Shown here piece by piece: positions 9,508 to 19,942 of a DNA stretch of 64,000 nt. Below the pieces are notes generated by a model that ran no database searches, was not told the DNA's origin, and worked only from the letters and a program-made list of their open reading frames with translations. Made by a program: the position numbers and the translations under genes. Numbering within the stretch: the stretch's first letter is position 1; every line of letters starts with the position of its first letter. This stretch comes from an uncultured virus (IMG/VR IMGVR_UViG_3300017528_000566) (taxonomy: Duplodnaviria > Heunggongvirae > Uroviricota > Caudoviricetes): the IMG/VR virus record IMGVR_UViG_3300017528_000566. One strand, written 5' to 3'.

Positions 9508-10986
9508 ATGGCGACCATACTCACTCAAGCGGAGTTTAACGAATCGATAGTCACGCAAGACACGGAGCCACAGTGGAGCGACGCCACACGTGGGCGCATT
9601 TTGGTGGTCGACGACGACCCGGGAAGCCGCGCGCTGCTCGCAGATGCACTGCGCGGAGAGGGCTACGAGGTCGAGACCGCTGCTGACGGTTTCAAAGCGC
9701 TGCCGAAGCTGCAGGAGTTCGCTCCCGACCTACTGCTCACGGATCTCAAGATGCCTGGTATGGACGGCATCCAGCTGATGCAGAAGGCCTTCGAGAGTGA
9801 GCCTGAGCCAGTGGCCATCCTGATAACAGGATCCAGCAGTGTTGACACAGCTGTGGCGGCGATGCGTGCTGGAGCGGAGGACTACATCACCAAGCCGATC
9901 AATATCGGCGAGCTACGCATCATCGTCCAACGGGCACTCGAACGCAGGCTGCTCACGCGAGAGGCTGGGCAACTTCGGGCACGAGTGGCGGCCCGTGATC
10001 GAATCGACAACATCGTTGGGCGCAGCGCTCCGATGCAGCAGGTCTTCGAGACCATCATGCAGGTGGCGCCTTCGCGAGCCTCGGTATTGATCTTGGGCGA
10101 ATCAGGCACCGGCAAGGAACTCGTCGCCGCGGCCATTCATCAGCATTCTCCACGAGCGAGCCAGCCGTTCATCAAACTGCATTGCGCCGCGCTGGCTGAA
10201 TCGCTGCTTGAGAGCGAGCTGTTTGGGCACGAACGCGGGGCCTTCACGGGTGCACTCATTCAACGTGACGGGCGTTTCAAGCAAGCCCACGGCGGCACGT
10301 TATTTCTCGATGAGATCGGGGAGATCTCGCCGGGCATCCAAGTCAAGCTTCTGCGCTTTCTCCAAGAGCGTGAGTTTGAACCAGTCGGCGGCAAGTACAC
10401 GGTCAAAGTCGACGTCCGAATCGTCGCAGCCACAAACCGAAACCTCGCAGAGGAAGTGAAAGCGGGGCGTTTCCGCGAGGACCTCTTCTATCGGCTGAAC
10501 GTGGTTACGATCGAGACCCCGCCGCTGCGTGCGCGGCCGTCGGACATCCCGCTTCTGGCCTTGCGCTTCCTGAAGAAGTTCGCCATCGAGAACGGGAAAG
10601 ACATAAGCAGCTTCACCATTGAAGCACTCCAACAGCTTCAGCTCTACAGCTGGCCTGGCAACGTGCGCGAGCTTGAGAACGCGATTGAACGGGCCGTCGT
10701 AGTGTGTCGGCACCACGAGGTGCGAACGCAAGACTTGGCCCAACATATCGTCAAAATCACGGGGCGAAACCCCGATGGGATGCCCATCATCCCGGGCGCT
10801 ACACTCGCCGAGCTCGAGCACTACGCGATATTGAAGACGCTAGAGCATACAGGCGGTGCGACGACTCGCGCCGCGGAGATGCTTGGCGTTTCAGCCCGCA
10901 CCATCCAGTACCGGCTGCGCGAATACGCAGAGAAAGCTGAAGCAAGCTCACAGTCGGGGCCTACAAGCAGGGGGACCCAAGTATGA
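9508..10986 (+). CDS. sigma54-dependent response regulator (NtrC/AtoC family; REC-AAA+-HTH)
   Basis: ILVVDDD...LLTDLKMPGMDG (REC), GESGTGKE, ELFGHERGAFTGA, LFLDEIGE, WPGNVRELEN, C-terminal Fis HTH (AAEMLGVSARTI). Confidence 0.96.
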   Translation: MATILTQAEFNESIVTQDTEPQWSDATRGRILVVDDDPGSRALLADALRGEGYEVETAADGFKALPKLQEFAPDLLLTDLKMPGMDGIQLMQKAFESEPEPVAILITGSSSVDTAVAAMRAGAEDYITKPINIGELRIIVQRALERRLLTREAGQLRARVAARDRIDNIVGRSAPMQQVFETIMQVAPSRASVLILGESGTGKELVAAAIHQHSPRASQPFIKLHCAALAESLLESELFGHERGAFTGALIQRDGRFKQAHGGTLFLDEIGEISPGIQVKLLRFLQEREFEPVGGKYTVKVDVRIVAATNRNLAEEVKAGRFREDLFYRLNVVTIETPPLRARPSDIPLLALRFLKKFAIENGKDISSFTIEALQQLQLYSWPGNVRELENAIERAVVVCRHHEVRTQDLAQHIVKITGRNPDGMPIIPGATLAELEHYAILKTLEHTGGATTRAAEMLGVSARTIQYRLREYAEKAEASSQSGPTSRGTQV

Positions 10987-11897
10987 CAAAGTGGTGGGCC
11001 AAAGTGGATGAGCTCAAGCGCATCGGTTTGAATCAGGCGCTGCAAAATGTGCGGCTCGTACCCGTAGGGGATGAGCTCGAGATCTACAGTGATGAGAGCT
11101 CGGCGAATGTAGTGACTCACGATCAGGCGCGGATCTACGCATGGTCCGCTGAGTGGTCACGTCTGGGCTTCCCGATTGTCCAGACGCCTCATCGATTTGC
11201 CGCGGCTCTTATGTGCACGGCGACGCCGCCCATGGACGATGGGGATATCCGGCCTCCGTGGCCCTATTTCATGATCAAGGTACCGAGCGGGCTACTGTCG
11301 ATCGCTGATAGCGACGGTAGACAGCGCGATATTGAGCACATTGGCTGCACCTATCACGCGGGGCATTGGGGCATCAATGCCTTCACCCCGGAGACCTTGC
11401 TAGCTGTACCGTGGAGTTCAACCGAATTCCTACGTGACGCCAAGCTTGCTGACTTGGATAGCACGGGTGTGGTCTTCCCCGAGCAACACGAGATGGCGCT
11501 CGACTCACAAGATGAGCGGGTGTTTCTCTGCCTTGCGCGGCTGATCCTGAACACGTGCCTGGCATTCAGCGACCCCCTGAACGTGCGCGAGGTCGGCAAG
11601 GGGCACACCAAGAAGGCCAGTGTGAGTCTGGCTCGGGCGGCGCTGGAGCCGCCTCCGCATCGGCTTTTCGAACTAGGCCGGCCAGTCACCGTCGATTGCC
11701 GCGAATACGTGCGCTCCTACGTCACCGGGGATCGGGCTAGGCTCGCAGTGCGACTGCTCGTACGAGGGTTCTGGAGAAACCAGCCTCACGGGCCTGGACG
11801 TGAGTTGCGCCGGCAACAGTGGATTGAGCCTTACTGGAAGGGCGATGTAGGGGCTCCGATTCTCTTGAGGCCGCACGAGCTACGTCGGACGCATTAG
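10983..11897 (+). CDS. hypothetical protein with VRGFWRxQ...WIxPYWKG C-terminal motif
   Basis: 304 aa; ATGA overlap with the regulator; C-terminal motif of a type seen in mobile-element proteins. Confidence 0.75.
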   Translation: MTKWWAKVDELKRIGLNQALQNVRLVPVGDELEIYSDESSANVVTHDQARIYAWSAEWSRLGFPIVQTPHRFAAALMCTATPPMDDGDIRPPWPYFMIKVPSGLLSIADSDGRQRDIEHIGCTYHAGHWGINAFTPETLLAVPWSSTEFLRDAKLADLDSTGVVFPEQHEMALDSQDERVFLCLARLILNTCLAFSDPLNVREVGKGHTKKASVSLARAALEPPPHRLFELGRPVTVDCREYVRSYVTGDRARLAVRLLVRGFWRNQPHGPGRELRRQQWIEPYWKGDVGAPILLRPHELRRTH

Positions 11898-11927
11898 GCC
11901 GGCCCCGCGGCGGTGTATTTCACTGGC

Positions 11928-12068
11928 ATGGGCGAACCTGATTGGGAGCCATGGCTCGAAGCACTGGGTGACTTCCTAGGCGAGCTCGTGGAGACGCAGC
12001 GGGGTGCGGTAGCAGTGGTGCTGTTCGTCGTCGCGCTAGGCGTCGGCTGCTATCTCTTGTGGGGCTAG
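11928..12068 (+). CDS. 46-aa single-TM small protein (not in ORF track)
   Basis: MGEPDWEPWLEALGDFLGELVETQRGAVAVVLFVVALGVGCYLLWG*; GGTGTA motif 10 nt upstream. Confidence 0.65.
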   Translation: MGEPDWEPWLEALGDFLGELVETQRGAVAVVLFVVALGVGCYLLWG

Positions 12069-12111
12069 GCGTGGGCACGTCCAGTGGCTCACATCCGGTG
12101 TATTAGGGGAA

Positions 12112-13449
12112 ATGTCCGTTCCCCCTCTCTACACACTAAACGGAGAACCTGTCTGTGTGCACATGGACTTGGTTCGCCACCTTGGGCCGCAAGACCTTGA
12201 TCTTGACCGAGCTCGCCATCAACTTGAGCACGTCGTTCGCAAGCTAGACCCGGGGACCACGATTCTACTCAAGGGCCGTCGGATCCTAGACTTCAGGAGG
12301 GCCAACAAGATTGCGACAAGGCTTGGCAGCAAGGTCAAGGTCTACCGTGCATCCTCGATCGAGCCGATTCGCAAAGCCTTGGCCGAGTTCGACAAGCGCA
12401 AGCAAGACGCCGCCAAGCACCTCGAGAGTCAAACGGAGATCGCATTTCCGGTCCCGACTCCAGCAGAGGTCTCGACTCCAGGGGATCAGCTAGGCCCGCT
12501 CGCTTTCGAAGGTCGACCGCTTCTAGTTCGCAAGGATGCCACGGGGCGTGGAGCCGTGTTGGTGCGTGATCTAGAGGACGTGTTGGACTACGCGCCCGGG
12601 AGCCTCGTCAAGCTGATCAACAGCGAGTGGTCTACAGAATTCCTGGAGGGGGATCGCTACGGGTACATGTCTCGCGCGGAGCTCGAAGCCGCGGATCGGC
12701 TCGCGGGTCGTCATTCTGTGACACAGAACTACGGTGCGCGAAACATGGTTCTGTACGAGCACGGCGTCTACCAAGTGGCCGTAAAGACTGAGAAAGATAA
12801 GGGTGTAGCGGTACGCGACTGGCTGACGCGGGACGTCATGACCGAGTTGAGACGTACGGGTCGCTACGAGTTGCCTTTGCAATCCGCGCCAGCCATCGCG
12901 CCCGCGGCGCCCCAGCTGGCTCCTCCCCTTCAAGTGATCAACGAGCAGATCCAACACTGGGACGCGTGGGGGGTGAATGCCAATTTCCGGAAGGACAGCA
13001 AAGGTGCGGGCCATATCGACATGCACCTTTGGCAGGTGCTGACCCACGAAGCTCCTGTCCGAGCCCTCAAAGCCGACGGCAAGACCCCCAAGCTCCGCCT
13101 TGAGGGGCGGCAGCGTTTCAACTCCCAAAACATTGCAAAAATGGCCCGGGAGCGCGGTCTAGGTCACCACATTGACCATTTGTTCATTGAGCGACTGCAG
13201 CTCGACCTGGGCATCCACGCGGGCAACTGGGTAGTCTATGAGACCCGAGGGGTACGGGTTGAAGAGGTTACCGACCAAGAGGGCGCTGATCTAATCCTAG
13301 ATCACTTGCATCAAACCAACCTCCAGCAGGGGGCTAGAGAAGTGCCCTTGGACGCCACTGGCCCGGCTGAGTTCTCGATTGATAGAGCAAACGAGCTAGC
13401 GGAGCAGTGGGATTCCAACGACTTGAACAGGCACCGAATCCGGGTCTGA
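12112..13449 (+). CDS. Bro-N domain (antirepressor-like) DNA-binding protein
   Basis: FEGRPLLV...VRDLEDVLDY...LYEHGVYQVAVKTEK...DWLTRDVMTELRRTGRY fits Bro-N. Confidence 0.8.
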   Translation: MSVPPLYTLNGEPVCVHMDLVRHLGPQDLDLDRARHQLEHVVRKLDPGTTILLKGRRILDFRRANKIATRLGSKVKVYRASSIEPIRKALAEFDKRKQDAAKHLESQTEIAFPVPTPAEVSTPGDQLGPLAFEGRPLLVRKDATGRGAVLVRDLEDVLDYAPGSLVKLINSEWSTEFLEGDRYGYMSRAELEAADRLAGRHSVTQNYGARNMVLYEHGVYQVAVKTEKDKGVAVRDWLTRDVMTELRRTGRYELPLQSAPAIAPAAPQLAPPLQVINEQIQHWDAWGVNANFRKDSKGAGHIDMHLWQVLTHEAPVRALKADGKTPKLRLEGRQRFNSQNIAKMARERGLGHHIDHLFIERLQLDLGIHAGNWVVYETRGVRVEEVTDQEGADLILDHLHQTNLQQGAREVPLDATGPAEFSIDRANELAEQWDSNDLNRHRIRV

Positions 13450-13462
13450 GAGCCGCCAGCCA

Positions 13463-13837
13463 TCAGGGCGCGGGCGGGCGTGGCTTCATCGATTGCATGA
13501 CAGCATCCACATAGGGGGCGATCTCCTCGTAACTACAATCGAGGCTGCGCGCCAGGTCTTGCACAATCACGGCTTTACGGCCCTCTAGTGAATTGAGCTC
13601 GCCAAGGGTCCTTTGCAGGAAGATGAAGCCGGCCGACACCGAGCCGTATCCGAGATCTGCGGCTTGCTGAAACTTCCTCTCACCGAGGCTTGCGTTCACG
13701 TGCGCCACCGCATTGGTGAGCTCGCCGAGGGCTTGAGCGACGCCAACCACAGCATTCATGGTGTCGTGATCAAGCGTCTCGATTGCCGTCGAGACGGCGG
13801 CGACAGCTGTGGCGGCGGCTTTGGGGTCAATGGGCAT
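13463..13837 (-). CDS. helical hypothetical protein, paralog of 52065-52397
   Basis: Shared A..LGY...S..F..LQR.LG...AR...CS.EE pattern. Confidence 0.7.
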   Translation of the reverse strand: MPIDPKAAATAVAAVSTAIETLDHDTMNAVVGVAQALGELTNAVAHVNASLGERKFQQAADLGYGSVSAGFIFLQRTLGELNSLEGRKAVIVQDLARSLDCSYEEIAPYVDAVMQSMKPRPPAP

Positions 13838-13928
13838 TGTCAGCACTTCCCTTGGACGCGCGAGCCTACCCTGTCGAGAGGCGGTCGGATAGGCTTGAGC
13901 TCTCCCCTGGCCCATGCATCATTGGGAC

Positions 13929-14108
13929 ATGCCCAAGAAAGCGTCCGAGCCGGTGCCGACATGGCAGGTCCCCTACCAGGAATGGCAAGAGACCACGAAA
14001 GAGCTGAAAAACCTCATCGGGAGGCTTTCGAGCTCTCAGGTGACTCCGGAGATTCAGCGGGCGGCACTAGCTCTGATTGCTGCGCTCAGGGCGACCAGGG
14101 GTGTGTAG
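13929..14108 (+). CDS. small hypothetical protein
   Basis: ATG 13929; amphipathic 59 aa. Confidence 0.5.
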   Translation: MPKKASEPVPTWQVPYQEWQETTKELKNLIGRLSSSQVTPEIQRAALALIAALRATRGV

Positions 14109-14121
14109 CCAAACTCGGTCC

Positions 14122-15057
14122 CTAGGGCCGCACCAAACGGATCGGCACGGCACTGTCTAATCTTCCGCCAATCTCGGCGGCGCTAACGTCATAGTACTTG
14201 AGCCCCACAAACCCTTGAGTGGGCACTCGTCCACACTTCTTGGGGCCACGGCGAGCTATCTCCTGCCGGTCCTCCGAGGGTATTTGGTCCCAGCCGTAGC
14301 AGCGATATCCGCGCCTCTCGTATCTTGGCACGGCCTCAGCACTCTCGATCGTCACGATCCGTAAATGCTGACTAGCCCGGCGACTGTGGGCAATTCTCTC
14401 GATGGATGCTTTGACTCGCTCGCCTGATTCTCGCGCCGCTTTCTCGGTCACCACAGAAGGGGCGCTGACTATCCGAAACGCTTTGCCCAACTGCTTCCCG
14501 GTTGCTGCCTTGTAGGCGTTCTGCTCCCTAGGTGTGTAGAGAGCTTCCGCCACTGTGCTCGGGGTGTTGATGAGCGTAAGGATGGTGCTCAGCTCAAAGG
14601 CTCCCACCATGACCTTTACCTGTTCGTCGCTCCGCCAGTGGTCTTGAGTGCAGAATCGTTTGGACGCCACCCTATCCCCGTCGAAGAACCAGCAGGTCAC
14701 GTTTAGCCGGTTCTCTTCGAGCCAGACTAGCCAGCCATGGCAAACCGCGTGCTGCTTGACGGCGGCCACTACCTCACCGCGATCGCTGGTGAGGTGATAA
14801 GCACGGGACGCTCCTGCGAACAGAAACAAGCTATCGAAGGGCAGACCAGCTCCCGATACGAGATCCCCGGGAGCCCACGGTTGGCCCACGAGATCGGCAA
14901 GGAAGCCTGCAGTCGCGTCTCCGACCCTACCGTGCGTCTCGGGTTCGATCACATAGAGCTTGGCGCGGCGGATGGCCTCCGGCGCATCGCGGTGCCCCTC
15001 GTGCTCCATGGTCTTGAGTCGTGTGAACCATTGCACCGCTAGAGCGCGCATATGCAA
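14122..15057 (-). CDS. hypothetical protein
   Basis: 311-aa ATG ORF. Confidence 0.7.
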   Translation of the reverse strand: MHMRALAVQWFTRLKTMEHEGHRDAPEAIRRAKLYVIEPETHGRVGDATAGFLADLVGQPWAPGDLVSGAGLPFDSLFLFAGASRAYHLTSDRGEVVAAVKQHAVCHGWLVWLEENRLNVTCWFFDGDRVASKRFCTQDHWRSDEQVKVMVGAFELSTILTLINTPSTVAEALYTPREQNAYKAATGKQLGKAFRIVSAPSVVTEKAARESGERVKASIERIAHSRRASQHLRIVTIESAEAVPRYERRGYRCYGWDQIPSEDRQEIARRGPKKCGRVPTQGFVGLKYYDVSAAEIGGRLDSAVPIRLVRP

Positions 15058-15098
15058 TCCAGCTTAGCATGGAGCCCTAGCCTGCGATACGGCGGTGG

Positions 15099-15503
15099 TC
15101 AGTAGTACCAAGGGCGCGCGATTGGCGCAGCTGTCTGTTTTTGGCTAGCTGTGGGTGGTTTTCTTGAGCCCACGTGACTAGGGCTAATTCGGCATTGCCT
15201 ATCTAGGGTGTCCAGCGCCGCCAAGACTTCGGCCGCGCTGAACCTAGCACTCAGCAATCGAAACAGACCTGGGAGGGCGTGCCTAGCGATGAACATCGTA
15301 TTGCCGGCTACAAAGAATGATCCAGGCTCGATCTCACTCTGAGGGGTCACGGGTTCGGCCATTTGGACAAGGACGGCCTCGACGGCTGTCACGAGCTCCG
15401 GATCGATCGGCGATGGTTTCGTGTTGACGGGGTCCCCCAAGACCACAGTACCGCCACCGTCACTATATGTACAGCCAAGGATTCTCACAGGGACGTCGCG
15501 CAC
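15099..15503 (-). CDS. hypothetical protein
   Basis: 134-aa ORF. Confidence 0.55.
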   Translation of the reverse strand: MRDVPVRILGCTYSDGGGTVVLGDPVNTKPSPIDPELVTAVEAVLVQMAEPVTPQSEIEPGSFFVAGNTMFIARHALPGLFRLLSARFSAAEVLAALDTLDRQCRISPSHVGSRKPPTASQKQTAAPIARPWYY

Positions 15504-15856
15504 TCGCCGACGCTAACCAGCAGTGCTGCAACCAGTGGTCCGAAGAAAAACCAGCACCCCACTTTGACAAATGGGTCGATATGTCCATGTGTCCAGCCTC
15601 TCTGCATGGCTCGATAGGTTGCCCAGGTAAGGCACGCGCCGCCCAAGGTGAAAAAGAGGCATAAGAACACGGGCCACGTGTGCCATGCGGCGAATCTCGG
15701 GCCGCTTATTAGTAAGAGGCCGGTGCCTCCATACAAAGCGGGGATAGAGGCCATTGCTCGAACATCTCGCCAGGTGATGGGCTGCATCGCCTTTTGCCGG
15801 CGCGCGTCCTCTAAGATTGAATCGTCCCGTAGGGTCCGCATTTGGCGCGAGAACAT
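15485..15856 (-). CDS. small membrane protein
   Basis: Three hydrophobic segments. Confidence 0.6.
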   Translation of the reverse strand: MFSRQMRTLRDDSILEDARRQKAMQPITWRDVRAMASIPALYGGTGLLLISGPRFAAWHTWPVFLCLFFTLGGACLTWATYRAMQRGWTHGHIDPFVKVGCWFFFGPLVAALLVSVGECATSL

Positions 15857-16095
15857 ACACCGCTCGATCGAACCAGCGTCCGCAACTTCACGTGACTAAG
15901 AGCCGATCCAGGGTTGCTCGCCGAGTTGCCCCAAGATCTGGCACGAGAATGACGGGGTATGCGTTCGCGATTCTGCCAACGGAGCGGCGGGCACTGAAGC
16001 GGCGGGGGCTAGGGCGCGAAGGTTCGCTGTGTCAAAACGCAGTAATCCATGCTCACCTTTTCGTGAGCGACGGCATACACTCTTGGGCTCAACCC

Positions 16096-16836
16096 ATGCC
16101 GGAGGTTTTTGTGGAGATCAAACGCGCCTCGACCAAGAGGTTCAGCCAGCCGCACGAGCTGCTGGACCGCATCATGTCAGTCTGGGACAAGCCATTCGAG
16201 CAGAAGCTCCCTGAGAGTCACGCCAAGCTCTTAGCGCAGGTGGCCATCGGGGTGGTGACCGCCGCGAAGCTGCTCATTCGGATGACGAACCGAGGGTGTC
16301 TCACGTGCACGCTTCCACGGGGCCTGGAGCATACAATCGAGCGGGCTTCAGACGATCTGATGCAAAACTACCAGAAGTCCGTGGAGCACGCGTGGCACGG
16401 GATGAGCATGACGTTGCGTGAGGTCCCCACGGTCCTATTCGGCGAGCAGGCTCCCAAACCGCGTCAAGCCAGATATAGCGGATTCGTGCGCCCATGGACC
16501 GAGTGGCGGTGGATCAATCCGCCCGCTAGCCTCAAGACTCCGATCCCTCAAGACCTCGCGGAGTTGCTCGATTCGGATGTTGTGCACGGGGATCAAATTG
16601 CGTACGAGATTACTGAGATCCTTTGGGATTCTCGACACAAGGCCATCGACATAGAGCGTGAGCTGATTTCTCAGTACTGTGCTGCATTTGCAGCCGCGAA
16701 GTGGAGCTTAACTTTGTGGGGCAACCACAGCCGCGCCGCTGTGATCGAGGGTCTGGCGGAAATAGCGAGCGCCTACATCTACGAACAGATCCAGACACAA
16801 GGCAGGGCCAAGGCCGCTGAAAACCCTTTAGCGTAA
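16096..16836 (+). CDS. paralog family A, copy 1
   Basis: VTAAKLLIRMTN...ISQYCAAFAAAKWSLTLWGN shared with 18180 and 19943; ATG 16096 matches paralog length. Confidence 0.85.
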   Translation: MPEVFVEIKRASTKRFSQPHELLDRIMSVWDKPFEQKLPESHAKLLAQVAIGVVTAAKLLIRMTNRGCLTCTLPRGLEHTIERASDDLMQNYQKSVEHAWHGMSMTLREVPTVLFGEQAPKPRQARYSGFVRPWTEWRWINPPASLKTPIPQDLAELLDSDVVHGDQIAYEITEILWDSRHKAIDIERELISQYCAAFAAAKWSLTLWGNHSRAAVIEGLAEIASAYIYEQIQTQGRAKAAENPLA

Positions 16837-16936
16837 GGGGTGACGGCTTGGATGTGCCTGGGGTGTACTAGGCCCCATGTACTTCTAGCTAGCCAGTTGA
16901 CGGGGGACCGCTCGAGATCCACAGTCGTGCAGCCCT

Positions 16937-17416
16937 ATGACGACGTACCAAGTCACTGAGCGGGACGGCGATCACTACATCATCGGTCTAGCTGACGCTA
17001 ATGAGCCGGATACGGTGTTCACGGTAGGCGGCAAGCATCCGCGGGATATGCTCCGGGCGCTCTATAGCCTTTTCCAGTGCCACGATGGTATGCGCTCGGG
17101 GGATCGGTTCGAGACGAGCTGCGGCGCGTTCGAATGCCGAGATGTCCATGTGGTGCCCGCGGATGGCCGAAGTCTCTCAGAGCCCGGCACGATTACGCTC
17201 CATCTAGAGACGATGGATGGGATCGACCGAACACATTCGTTCAAGACCTTGGATGAGGCGCGGGCCTTTGCTCATGAACGGGTGGGCCAAGCGCCCGACA
17301 TCTCACACACCTTCGATTACGCTGTGGGAGCCCATGGAGATGTGAAGATTAGCCCGGATGAAGGCTGCACTCTTATGGAACTGTTCCCTCTGAGCCATCA
17401 GGGTGAGGACGAATGA
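16937..17416 (+). CDS. hypothetical protein
   Basis: 159-aa ATG ORF. Confidence 0.7.
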   Translation: MTTYQVTERDGDHYIIGLADANEPDTVFTVGGKHPRDMLRALYSLFQCHDGMRSGDRFETSCGAFECRDVHVVPADGRSLSEPGTITLHLETMDGIDRTHSFKTLDEARAFAHERVGQAPDISHTFDYAVGAHGDVKISPDEGCTLMELFPLSHQGEDE

Positions 17417-18072
17417 TCGGTCTCCCACACACCGATGAAGTTTTCTTCGGGCGTGAAGGCTCGCGAGACCAGCCACCGGTAATAGTACTCTTGATGAGTC
17501 AAGCCTAGAATGGGCTTGTCCCGGTGCACCGTCATGTTGCCGATGAAAAGGTACCGTTTCACCAGCGGCAGGATTGACTCTTCGACCACTCCATGGGAGT
17601 TGCCCATGCGTGCAGGTTGCCGGGGGTCGTAGCGGTGGCTTACCCAGGCCGCGATCACGACCTCGGGTTTGAACTCCTGCACGGCTTCCTCGCCCGTGAA
17701 GGTGACAACATTCGGGCCGTACTTGACGGTAGGCTGCCGCGCAGCAGCGTAGTGGGCGGCGATCTCGGGCCATTCTTGCATCCGATTATCGGTCGCGGGG
17801 ATGCCCAGGCTCTTGGCCAGGACACCGTTGCCGGAGCCGATCTCGAGTGCGGTTTGTGTGCCGATCTCTTGCTTGAGCCAGGCGACCAGCTCTTGCGTAG
17901 GCAGGCAGTAGAAGGCATGGCGCACGCAAAACACCGCAATCTCGTTCTGGGTGAACTGCTGCCAGAACTCTGCGGGGTGCACCACTAGGCGGCCGTCGGG
18001 ACCGAGCGCCCCCATAACTGCCGGGTCTAGCTTGACCTCGTCAAGCCGTATTGATCGAACGCCAATCCCCAT
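17398..18072 (-). CDS. putative SAM-dependent methyltransferase-fold protein
   Basis: TALEIGSGNGVLAKSLG glycine-rich motif I; PEVVIAAW. Confidence 0.6.
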   Translation of the reverse strand: MGIGVRSIRLDEVKLDPAVMGALGPDGRLVVHPAEFWQQFTQNEIAVFCVRHAFYCLPTQELVAWLKQEIGTQTALEIGSGNGVLAKSLGIPATDNRMQEWPEIAAHYAAARQPTVKYGPNVVTFTGEEAVQEFKPEVVIAAWVSHRYDPRQPARMGNSHGVVEESILPLVKRYLFIGNMTVHRDKPILGLTHQEYYYRWLVSRAFTPEENFIGVWETDHSSSP

Positions 18073-18179
18073 GTCTCACCTTCCCTGCGGGTGCGAGCAT
18101 ACAGGATGCTTTTCGGGGCGGCTCGCTTTCCCGGCGTGGCGAGTGAAGGCTCATGGGGTGCGAGCTCTATAAGACTTGG

Positions 18180-18884
18180 ATGAGTCTAGAGCCCAAGACA
18201 TACAGTAGTCCGCAAGAGTTGATGAGGCGCTTCATTGGGGTATGGATCGAGGCCTTCACGCGGAGCTCGAGCCAGCCGAGCCGCGTGGCTGCGCAGTTGA
18301 CGATCGGGGCCGTCACGGCGGCAAAGCTTCTCGTCCGACTAACCAACCAAGGGGGACTCATCTCTACTCTGCGACCGGGGCTTGAGTACACGATCGAGCA
18401 GACATCAGACAGGCTGACAGAGATTTTTCAAAAGCAGCTAGAGGGGATGGGGCCAGGTACCGAGGAGCTGTTCCAGCTGTTCCCCACAATAGTGTTTGGC
18501 GAGCAGGACCCCAAGGCACACAAGGTCAAATTGTTGCGCCTTGTCCAACCGGGGGCGGCGTGGCGGTGGATAGCTCCACCGGCTGACGTGAGGGCACCCA
18601 TCCCGCAAGACTTGCAGGACTTGCTCGAACCGACCGGGGTAGATGTGAAGTCCATCAAGGTCGCTCAAGAGATTGCCGCGATCCTCGTCGACTCGCGTCA
18701 CAAGGCGACCGACAAAGGGCTTGAGATGATCGCTCAATACTGCGCCGTGTTTGCGATTGCGAAGTGGAGTCTCTCCTTGTGGGGCAATCAATCGCGAGCA
18801 GCTGCGGTTGAGTATTTGGCGGAGATAGCGAGCGCGCAGCTCTACGAGAAGGTCAAGGAGCGAAGGATCGAAAAGGCTGATTGA
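18180..18884 (+). CDS. paralog family A, copy 2
   Basis: VTAAKLLVRLTN...IAQYCAVFAIAKWSLSLWGN. Confidence 0.85.
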   Translation: MSLEPKTYSSPQELMRRFIGVWIEAFTRSSSQPSRVAAQLTIGAVTAAKLLVRLTNQGGLISTLRPGLEYTIEQTSDRLTEIFQKQLEGMGPGTEELFQLFPTIVFGEQDPKAHKVKLLRLVQPGAAWRWIAPPADVRAPIPQDLQDLLEPTGVDVKSIKVAQEIAAILVDSRHKATDKGLEMIAQYCAVFAIAKWSLSLWGNQSRAAAVEYLAEIASAQLYEKVKERRIEKAD

Positions 18885-18914
18885 CCTGTGCTCTGGGGTG
18901 TTAAGCTCGCCGCC

Positions 18915-19385
18915 ATGGACCTGACCTACACACAAGCCAACGGCTACGCTGTCTACACAGGCAAGACTTCCCGAGACTTTCCTGAACTTGCCAGGATAGT
19001 CGACTACCAGGACGAGCTCCGCGGTATGGGCTACGTCCGCCAGTGGCGGTACGCAGGGGGCGACGGTCAAGGGGATGAGGCGGAAGGCTTTGAGCTCGAA
19101 GACACGAACAAGTATGGGTTCCCCCGCTATCTAGTGGTCCTTTGGGATGAAAACAACGGTCACCACATCTACTGCGAGAATCCGGGTGACTTCTTCGCGC
19201 TCCGTATGGAGATGGCTCGCAACCACCAGGTCGCGAATCCCTTGCTTCTAGAGATGCTGGAAGTGGCGAGAAAGGCGTTTCGGGCGCTGCACGGGCACGA
19301 GCACGACACCATTTGCAAGAAGTGCGACCCCGATGGGTGGCGTGAGCAGCAAGAGGCGGCGATCGCCCGTTCCGCGAAGCGTTAG
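18915..19385 (+). CDS. hypothetical protein, paralog of 33471-33899 (HxH...CxxCDP)
   Basis: FPRYLV...IYC...AFRALHGH...CKKCDP. Confidence 0.75.
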   Translation: MDLTYTQANGYAVYTGKTSRDFPELARIVDYQDELRGMGYVRQWRYAGGDGQGDEAEGFELEDTNKYGFPRYLVVLWDENNGHHIYCENPGDFFALRMEMARNHQVANPLLLEMLEVARKAFRALHGHEHDTICKKCDPDGWREQQEAAIARSAKR

Positions 19386-19732
19386 GCTTCCTTGAGTACG
19401 TCCAGGTCCTTCTTGACACGTTCGACCAGCGAGCGATGCACCTCTAGTGCATCGGCTTCGGTAGCCGTTTCTTGCTCGCGGTATCCACTGAGCATCGTGC
19501 TTTCACGCAGGGCCACCGTACCGAAGATCAGGGGCCTGTCGACTCCCAGTTGCGACCCCACCGCGCCCATCCACAGGGTCAACACGCGTACCCCATCGAA
19601 CAGGTCTTCGGCGACGCAGCGATAGGCATAGTCGGCGCGTTTCTCGACCCAGGACCGCAACGAGATCGGTTGCCCTTCCCTGTCAAGGAACATCGGCGGG
19701 TCGTCTATGGTGTCGCGGAGATCGCCGTTCAT
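19382..19732 (-). CDS. hypothetical protein, phage-type
   Basis: 116 aa; DREGQPI...VAED...VLTLWMG...PLIFGT. Confidence 0.65.
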   Translation of the reverse strand: MNGDLRDTIDDPPMFLDREGQPISLRSWVEKRADYAYRCVAEDLFDGVRVLTLWMGAVGSQLGVDRPLIFGTVALRESTMLSGYREQETATEADALEVHRSLVERVKKDLDVLKEA

Positions 19733-19942
19733 TGGAGGCGCGCAATATACCGCAGACGGCGCTCGGTGTGACAGCTGTAGCCGCGGCTAGCCCTTGGTAG
19801 GACACCCGCATGAGCTGAATCTCTCGGGCGCCCCTGAAGTTTCGCCCCTCGCCAAGCGTATCTGGTGGCGCCCCAAGATAGCGTCCATTGGCTAACTGGA
19901 CTGCGCAATCAAGGTACACACAGAAGCGTCTCGGAGTAAAAG

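Noticed and set aside
15817..16095. N-terminal extension of paralog A copy 1
   Set aside because: The paralogs align only from ATG 16096
16862..16888. GGTGTA motif followed by ATG at 16877
   Set aside because: The ORF is only 3 codons (ATG TAC TTC TAG); not counted as support, though it could still serve the 16937 gene
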